DNA from: Minisyncoccota bacterium
GTDB taxonomy: Bacteria; Patescibacteriota; Microgenomatia; UBA1400; PJMF01
Length of the DNA: 61,084 nt
NCBI GenBank assembly: GCA_029881675.1
Contig: JAOUMD010000003.1
Span: 1 to 61,084, forward strand
Reading direction: 5' to 3'
Shown here: piece after piece, positions 55,561-61,084 of the stretch
Numbering within the stretch: position 1 is the stretch's first letter
How the letters are laid out: the number at the start of each line of letters is the position of its first letter
Position numbers and translations under genes: made by a program
Notes under the pieces: generated by a model
The model's input: only the letters and a program-made list of their open reading frames with translations
Told to the model about the DNA's origin: nothing
Database searches by the model: none

Positions 55561-56010
55561 TTATTTTACTATGCTTGGTTTTACTTTATCTCTTTTTTTT
55601 AGAAAGTGGAGGTGATAAGTTTTTCCTAAGCGCTCTGGATATTTATTTATATATCTATGCCTAAATGCACGGAGATCAATTGGGGGTGTTAATGCTCGGT
55701 TCCACTGAGGTCTTTCTAAAAGTTGATTTGTTTCTGGGTGGTCTTGGTCAAAAAATGCTAAATGAATATAATATTGCTTTTGTTGATCCCATAGCCCAAC
55801 TGCTTGAGCTTGTTCTGGTACTAAAATATTTCCCACTATTGGAATATTTCCAATTTCTTCTAGGTGGTGCAATGTTAAATTTGAATGTGGGTCAACATAT
55901 TTTTCTTCTACAATGCATTCTAAGACATATAAGACTGCACTAATGCAATTACGACCTCTTCTTTGTTCTTGAATCTTTGATACACGACGAGAAAATTCTG
56001 ACTCTATCAT
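55561..56010 (-). CDS. hypothetical protein
   Basis: ORF only. A possible Cys (NCISAVLYV) / His (IHLAFF) pair gives a weak hint of a papain-like fold. Confidence 0.35.
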   Translation of the reverse strand: MIESEFSRRVSKIQEQRRGRNCISAVLYVLECIVEEKYVDPHSNLTLHHLEEIGNIPIVGNILVPEQAQAVGLWDQQKQYYIHLAFFDQDHPETNQLLERPQWNRALTPPIDLRAFRHRYINKYPERLGKTYHLHFLKKRDKVKPSIVK

Positions 56011-56019
56011 TTATATTTA

Positions 56020-57942
56020 TTATAATAGTGCACGCCCGGTCATGGTGTCAGGTTTAGGTATACCCATAATTTTAAGCATTGTTGGGGCAACGTCAGCCAG
56101 TATTCCTGTTGGCAGCATGGTATTTTGGCCCATGAATTGTCGACTGATAATCATCAAAGGAACTGGGTAAATAGAATGCTCGGTGTCTTTTTCTCCAGTA
56201 TTATTGTTAATTAGTTCTTCAGCATTACCATGGTCTGCTGTAATAAAGACTACTCCACCTTTATTGACAACTGTTTTGACTAAGTCACCGACAACCTCAT
56301 CTACAATTTCACAAGCAGTGATAGTTGCCTCTAAGTTTCCAGTATGTCCAACCATGTCTCCATTACAAATATTAGTAATTACAACATCACATAGTTCGGC
56401 TTCTACACGTTTTTTTATTTCTGCAACAATTTCTCTTGCACTCATTTCAGGGGCAGTATCATATGACTTGACTCCCTTTGAAGGGATTGTAACGCGCTCT
56501 TCACCTGGATATAAGTCATTTTTTTGTCCATTCATATAGTAAGAGACAAAACGTTCCTTTTCTGTCTCAGTAGCTCTTAGTTGTCTTAAACCATGTTGAG
56601 CAAAAACTTGTCCTAAAGGACTTTTGACAAATTGAGGTGGGAAAGCAATGTCTACTGGGATACCATCTTCATATCTAGTCATTGTGACAAAGTACAGGTT
56701 CTTTAAAACTTTTTTTCTTGAAAAAGTAGCGCTAACTTGTGCTTCTTCTTTTTGAATATTAGTTTTTTCGTATTTTTCTTGGTAAGGGTCAAATGCTTCA
56801 GAAACTACACCACGTTCAAAGTCCGGTTGAACAAAGGCACGAGTGAGCTCACGAGGACGGTCAATACGGTAGTTAAAAAAGATTACTCCATCATTGTCAT
56901 TTATAACTAGAGGGGCTCCACTCTCATCACAGATTGTAATAGGCTCAATGAATTCATCAGTAATACTTTTGTCATACTGTGCTTGCATAGCTGAGATAGG
57001 ATCAGGACTACATTGACCAGAACCAGTAGTCAAAGCTGTGTATGATTTTTCAATTCTATCCCAACGTTTATCTCTATCCATGGCATAAAAACGACCCATT
57101 AAACTAGCAATTTTACCAACTCCTAGTTTTGCACAAAGGTCATTTATTTGTTGAACATAGTTAATTCCTGAGGTTGGAGGAGAGTCACGACCATCTGTAA
57201 AGCCATGAATATAGACTTTGGAAATACCTTGTTTTTTACAAAGGTTTAATAGTGCATAGAGATGTTCAATATTTGAGTGGACACCACCTGCTCCAATTAA
57301 TCCCATTAGATGTAGTGTAGAGTTGTTTTGCCTGACATGGTTAAAGGCATTAATGAATGCTGGTGTAGTATTAAAAGTACCATCAGCAATTGCCATATTA
57401 ATACGAGGAAGGTCTTGATAAACAATATTTCCTGCTCCAATATTAAGATGACCAGTCTCAGTATTTCCATCTTCACCATGAGGTAATCCAACTGCTTCTC
57501 CACTTGCAGCTAGCTGGGTATGTGGAAAACTCATCCAATATTTATCTAAGTTTGGAGTATTAGCTCTGGCAATAGCGTTTCCGGCATTATTTGGACCAAT
57601 TCCCCATCCATCAAGAACAATTAAAACAGCTGGACTAGGACCACTATATGCTTGTTGAGGGTGTGTAGCGTCAAATTCTTTACGAGAAATAATTGGTGGT
57701 TTTGGTTGTGGACTTAGGTTTTGAAGTTGTGGATCATCTGCAACAACAGGTTGTGAAGTTGCTGGGTTTACTGTTTGTGGTTCTGTCTGAGGAACTGTTT
57801 CTGTAGCCACTGCTTGCACAGGTTTATTGTTATGGCTATTTGGATCATAACCAACATCTCCAGGTTTTTTAATTACTGGTTCTTCCTTTTTGACAGGGAT
57901 TGTCATTGGTTGAGTAAAGTCGGCTGTATTTTGATTGTTCAT
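56020..57942 (-). CDS. gpmI: 2,3-bisphosphoglycerate-independent phosphoglycerate mutase with a ~105-aa Pro/Gln-rich N-terminal extension
   Basis: LDGWG, GNTETGH (consensus GNSEVGH), HGFTDGRDS, DMVGHTG and ADHGNAE. Start set to ATG 57942, 1 nt after the upstream stop. Confidence 0.8.
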   Translation of the reverse strand: MNNQNTADFTQPMTIPVKKEEPVIKKPGDVGYDPNSHNNKPVQAVATETVPQTEPQTVNPATSQPVVADDPQLQNLSPQPKPPIISRKEFDATHPQQAYSGPSPAVLIVLDGWGIGPNNAGNAIARANTPNLDKYWMSFPHTQLAASGEAVGLPHGEDGNTETGHLNIGAGNIVYQDLPRINMAIADGTFNTTPAFINAFNHVRQNNSTLHLMGLIGAGGVHSNIEHLYALLNLCKKQGISKVYIHGFTDGRDSPPTSGINYVQQINDLCAKLGVGKIASLMGRFYAMDRDKRWDRIEKSYTALTTGSGQCSPDPISAMQAQYDKSITDEFIEPITICDESGAPLVINDNDGVIFFNYRIDRPRELTRAFVQPDFERGVVSEAFDPYQEKYEKTNIQKEEAQVSATFSRKKVLKNLYFVTMTRYEDGIPVDIAFPPQFVKSPLGQVFAQHGLRQLRATETEKERFVSYYMNGQKNDLYPGEERVTIPSKGVKSYDTAPEMSAREIVAEIKKRVEAELCDVVITNICNGDMVGHTGNLEATITACEIVDEVVGDLVKTVVNKGGVVFITADHGNAEELINNNTGEKDTEHSIYPVPLMIISRQFMGQNTMLPTGILADVAPTMLKIMGIPKPDTMTGRALL

Positions 57943-57943
57943 A

Positions 57944-59641
57944 TTAAGCTTGTTTATTTTCTGCAGGAGTAGCAACAGCTTCTCCTTCTGCACTTAATAC
58001 AATAGGTGCAGAATTTTCTCCTGGTATTTCAAGAGGAGGAGTTTCTATCGCAATTGGTGCTGTGACAGGTTGAGGCGTAGCAGGAAGTGGTGTTTCCACT
58101 GCAACAGGTTGAGGTGTAGCAGGAAGTGGTGTTTCTACTGCAACAGGTTGAGGTGTAGCAGGAAGTGGTGTTTCTACTACAGTAGGTTCAGGTGTTGCTA
58201 CAACTGGTTGTGGTTCTTGGATAGTTTCTTCTACTACTGGCTGAGGTGCTTCAGGAGTTGTTGTTTCCACAGGTGTTTGAGTTACTTCTTGGACAGGTTG
58301 TTCTGGTGTAGCTTCAACAGCTGGTTGCTGAGTGACAGTTTCAGCAGTCTCAGCTTGAGCAACTGGAGCAGCAGCTAATTGTTGAGCATCATAGGCAAGC
58401 TCATTATAAATTGTCAGTAATCTATTATATTTTGCAATTCTTTCACCTCTGTTTGGAGGGCCAAATTTTACATATTGAGCACCAGTTCCAACTGCAAGGT
58501 CAGCTACAAAGTCATCAATGGTTCCACCACTACGATGTGACACTATCGCTTGCCATCCTGATTCTTTGGCTAGTTTTATAACTTGGATGGTTTCACTAAC
58601 AGTTCCTGTCTGGTTTGGTTTAACAAGGACACTATTACAAACTTTGTCTGCAATTGCTTTGGTTGTCTTTTCTAAACTTGTGACAAGTAAACTATCTCCA
58701 ACGATCATACTTGTGGCACCAATATCTAGAGTAATTTCTTTCCAAGCATTTGTGTCATCTTCCTGGTAGGGATCTTCAATGTAGAAGACATGATAAAGTT
58801 CTTTGAGTGATTTGTAGTATTTAGCTAGATCTTTTGATGAATATGCTTGAGATTTATCTTTGAGCATATATTTACCGTTTTCAAAGAATGATGAAGCGGA
58901 CATATCTGCTCCTAGGAATACATCTTGGGCAAATGTATAAGGAGTGGCTTTGATTGATTCAATGATAATTTCAAAAGCATCTGTATTATTAAAAAGGTTT
59001 GGAGTGAAACCACCATTTAATCCAGTAGAATGGATAGCCCCTTTCATGATTAGTACTTCTTTTAATTTGTTATATATTGTTACAGCCATGTTTAAGGATT
59101 CAGGAAAGTTGACATGGGTTGCTGGGATAATTTCAAATTCTTGAACATCTAAATTTTCTGCACCATGTTTCCCACCTTCAATCATTGTAAAAACACAGGT
59201 AGGGATATCCATCTGCTGAGTGATTTGATATTTTTGTTGGATATATTTATAGAGAGGGAGATTTGAGCTAAGAGCGCCAGCTTTAAGAATTGCTTGAGAT
59301 ATAGCTAAGATTGCATTAGCACCTAATTTTGATTTGTCTTTTGTACCATCTAAATTAACCATTTTTTGGTCTAGATCAGTTTGGTTGGTAGGGTCATCTC
59401 CAACAAGTTGAGGACCGAGTATAGTATTGATATTTTCAACAGCTTTAAGAACTCCTTTTCCAACCATTCTATTTGAGTCATTATCTCTTAATTCTTTTGC
59501 CTCATATTTTCCAGTAGAAGTTCCAGAAGGCACTGTAGTCATGACACTTCTTCCATCATCTAACCAAAGTGTACATTCAATAGTGGGAATTCCTCTAGCA
59601 TCAAGGACCTCACGAGCATAGATTTGTTGAATTGTTGACAT
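57944..59641 (-). CDS. enolase-family protein with a substituted general-acid Glu and a ~140-aa Pro/Thr/Glu/Gln-rich C-terminal extension
   Basis: PSGTSTGKYEA, GGKHG, QEFEI, ADMSASSF, IEDPYQEDD, GDSLLVT, VKPNQTGT, SHRSGG and VKFG. The consensus GDEGGFAPN is replaced by GLNGGFTPN. Confidence 0.8.
   Translation of the reverse strand: MSTIQQIYAREVLDARGIPTIECTLWLDDGRSVMTTVPSGTSTGKYEAKELRDNDSNRMVGKGVLKAVENINTILGPQLVGDDPTNQTDLDQKMVNLDGTKDKSKLGANAILAISQAILKAGALSSNLPLYKYIQQKYQITQQMDIPTCVFTMIEGGKHGAENLDVQEFEIIPATHVNFPESLNMAVTIYNKLKEVLIMKGAIHSTGLNGGFTPNLFNNTDAFEIIIESIKATPYTFAQDVFLGADMSASSFFENGKYMLKDKSQAYSSKDLAKYYKSLKELYHVFYIEDPYQEDDTNAWKEITLDIGATSMIVGDSLLVTSLEKTTKAIADKVCNSVLVKPNQTGTVSETIQVIKLAKESGWQAIVSHRSGGTIDDFVADLAVGTGAQYVKFGPPNRGERIAKYNRLLTIYNELAYDAQQLAAAPVAQAETAETVTQQPAVEATPEQPVQEVTQTPVETTTPEAPQPVVEETIQEPQPVVATPEPTVVETPLPATPQPVAVETPLPATPQPVAVETPLPATPQPVTAPIAIETPPLEIPGENSAPIVLSAEGEAVATPAENKQA
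58065..58181 (-). repeat. 39-bp x3 tandem repeat inside the enolase-like gene
   Basis: Units 58065-58103, 58104-58142 and 58143-58181 differ at 1-2 positions. They encode (VETPLPATPQPVA)x3. Confidence 0.9.
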
Positions 59642-59651
59642 ATATTAATCT

Positions 59652-61084
59652 CTATTGGTTCAGGACCATTTTTTGTTCTGCTGATATTATCTGTTGTTTT
59701 ACTATATCTAAAAGTGAAGGTTTGACAACTATGGCTCTGACACCTATCTGTGCTGCACTGCTAACTAGTTTTGCATCAAATTGATTAAGTTTTAAAACTA
59801 CGGGTAGTGAGCCAACAGAGTTTTTGTGTAATTTATCAGATGTTTTAATCTGATGTACAACTTCTTTTAACATTGAGATGGCTAAATTGCTATCAAATGA
59901 ATAGTGACTTAGTAACTCAGGATTATCTGGATCAAGTCCATATGAAAGGTCATGAATGGTTTTTGCTTGAAAAGTTACACCACTAATTGGTAAGTGGAGA
60001 AATTCTTTCAGGTTGATAATATTGGCTGGGGTGTTTAGCTGTAACCAGAATTTTACATACCTATTTTTAGGAATAGTATTTTCAATTATTTTGAAAATAA
60101 TTGCTAGTTCTGAAGCTGTTCTGACAAAGGGAATAACAAAATTGATTTCTCTTTTTTTATCATGGGCAAAATCAGAAACAATTTTAAGTTCTGTTTTGAA
60201 GAGCAATGAATCTTCGATAATCTTAAGCGCTCCTCTAGTTCCTAAATATGGACTAGTTTCATGTCGTTCATAGTTTAAAGAGTTAGACAATGAATTGAGC
60301 TCCATGGAATTTAAATTTGAGCTTCGATAGAAAAGATCTTTTTGTTCTTTGGTAAAGAATGTAGTAACAGTTCTTATTAAGTTCTTTTCTAGTAAATGTT
60401 TTCTATTTTGTAGTAAATGGTTTGGGTGAATGCCCATATATGCAATTGCATAGTCACTTTTGAGGAATAGGCCCTCATTGTGTGCTAAGTATTGCTCAGA
60501 TCTATATGGATTTCCAGCAGATAGATAGACTTTGGTTAAAGTTTTTCTATTTAGTTGAGTTTCTTTTTCTTTTTTTGGAGAAAATATTTTTCCTGAGCCA
60601 GTATCTACGACCACTTTATGACCACTATGTAGTCTAGATGTGGCATACATGACTCCAGTGATGCATGGAATATGATTTTCTTTGATAGCTTTTAAGATGG
60701 GTGGAGTTAAGACTTTGTCTTCAACAATAAGTGCTGAGGCTTGATTGATTAAGTTAAGGTCAAGGTGAGTTAATGATTTTTTAACTAAGATATGTCCTGT
60801 GGTGAAACTCAACCTATCATGGTGATTATTTATTATTTGAGGATAGCCTTCTACATATCCCCCCGTGACACTTTGTCCAATCAAGATTGGATCAGACTCA
60901 TGCTGTGTTTCTTTTGTCACCTCTCTAATATCTGAAATAATAAGATCTTTATTTTGGACTGAGAAAGAAATTATCCTAGAGCCAATAAAGAGTCTATTTA
61001 TTTTCCCCGCATCGTTTGTAATTTGAATAGCTTGTTGATCAGTAATAGATGCTTGATTGATTCTTTTTGATTTTATCTTATTAA
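59652..61084 (-). CDS. PEP-utilising enzyme (PEP synthase / PPDK-like) C-terminal portion; 5' end beyond the window
   Basis: Own translation shows the frame stays open upstream of the GTG at 60920 to the window end (..NKIKSKRINQASITDQQAIQITNDAGKINRLF..). Swivel-domain and TIM-barrel-like segments are recognisable, but the phospho-His motif TSHAAI reads LTPPIL. Confidence 0.6.
   Translation of the reverse strand, partial: NKIKSKRINQASITDQQAIQITNDAGKINRLFIGSRIISFSVQNKDLIISDIREVTKETQHESDPILIGQSVTGGYVEGYPQIINNHHDRLSFTTGHILVKKSLTHLDLNLINQASALIVEDKVLTPPILKAIKENHIPCITGVMYATSRLHSGHKVVVDTGSGKIFSPKKEKETQLNRKTLTKVYLSAGNPYRSEQYLAHNEGLFLKSDYAIAYMGIHPNHLLQNRKHLLEKNLIRTVTTFFTKEQKDLFYRSSNLNSMELNSLSNSLNYERHETSPYLGTRGALKIIEDSLLFKTELKIVSDFAHDKKREINFVIPFVRTASELAIIFKIIENTIPKNRYVKFWLQLNTPANIINLKEFLHLPISGVTFQAKTIHDLSYGLDPDNPELLSHYSFDSNLAISMLKEVVHQIKTSDKLHKNSVGSLPVVLKLNQFDAKLVSSAAQIGVRAIVVKPSLLDIVKQQIISAEQKMVLNQ

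Overview
This is an AT-rich, gene-dense bacterial window that uses the standard genetic code. UGA is not recoded, and TAA and TAG both terminate genes. The content suggests a reduced-genome organism, possibly a Patescibacteria/CPR-like bacterium; that is inference only.

Housekeeping content:
- Nucleotide excision repair and SOS genes: uvrC, uvrA, uvrB, lexA.
- Many nucleoside-salvage and house-cleaning genes: udk, cmk, ITPase-like, uridine phosphorylase, SurE, NUDIX, HIT, AhcY, a PfkB kinase, Maf.
- Two tRNAs: Gln-CTG and Ser-GCT.
- A HigB/HigA-type toxin-antitoxin pair.
- A copper/iron/redox cluster at about 10.6-21.4 kb: a copA interrupted by one in-frame TAG, an HMA-permease-cupredoxin fusion, ArsR-YHS, FTR1, a cupredoxin lipoprotein, YibE/F, DUF4395, CcdA, BlaI/CopY and an exported MsrA.

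Main candidate system:
- A compositionally foreign island at about 25.0-30.4 kb is visibly richer in G+C than both flanks.
- It carries one minus-strand operon: PP2C phosphatase, Ser/Thr kinase with a large beta-rich C-terminal domain, an isochorismatase/nicotinamidase-fold cysteine hydrolase, and a TerY-like vWA protein.
- This is a TerY-P-type phospho-switch triad with an embedded enzyme.
- A roughly 345-nt structured leader precedes it. No mobility gene is present.

Second notable locus (56.0-61.1 kb):
- It encodes a PEP-synthase-like protein, an enolase-like protein and iPGM.
- Each differs from consensus at a key catalytic residue, judged by eye.
- Two of them carry Pro/Gln/Thr-rich extensions, one of which is encoded by a 39-bp x3 tandem repeat.
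- A canonical enolase lies 10 kb away.

Other observations: a three-copy 20-nt intergenic repeat family (two copies bracket an ABC exporter), a 20-bp perfect hairpin, a duplicated 32-nt promoter module, and several orphan genes with near-consensus promoters.

All homology calls come from motif recognition by eye. No searches were run.
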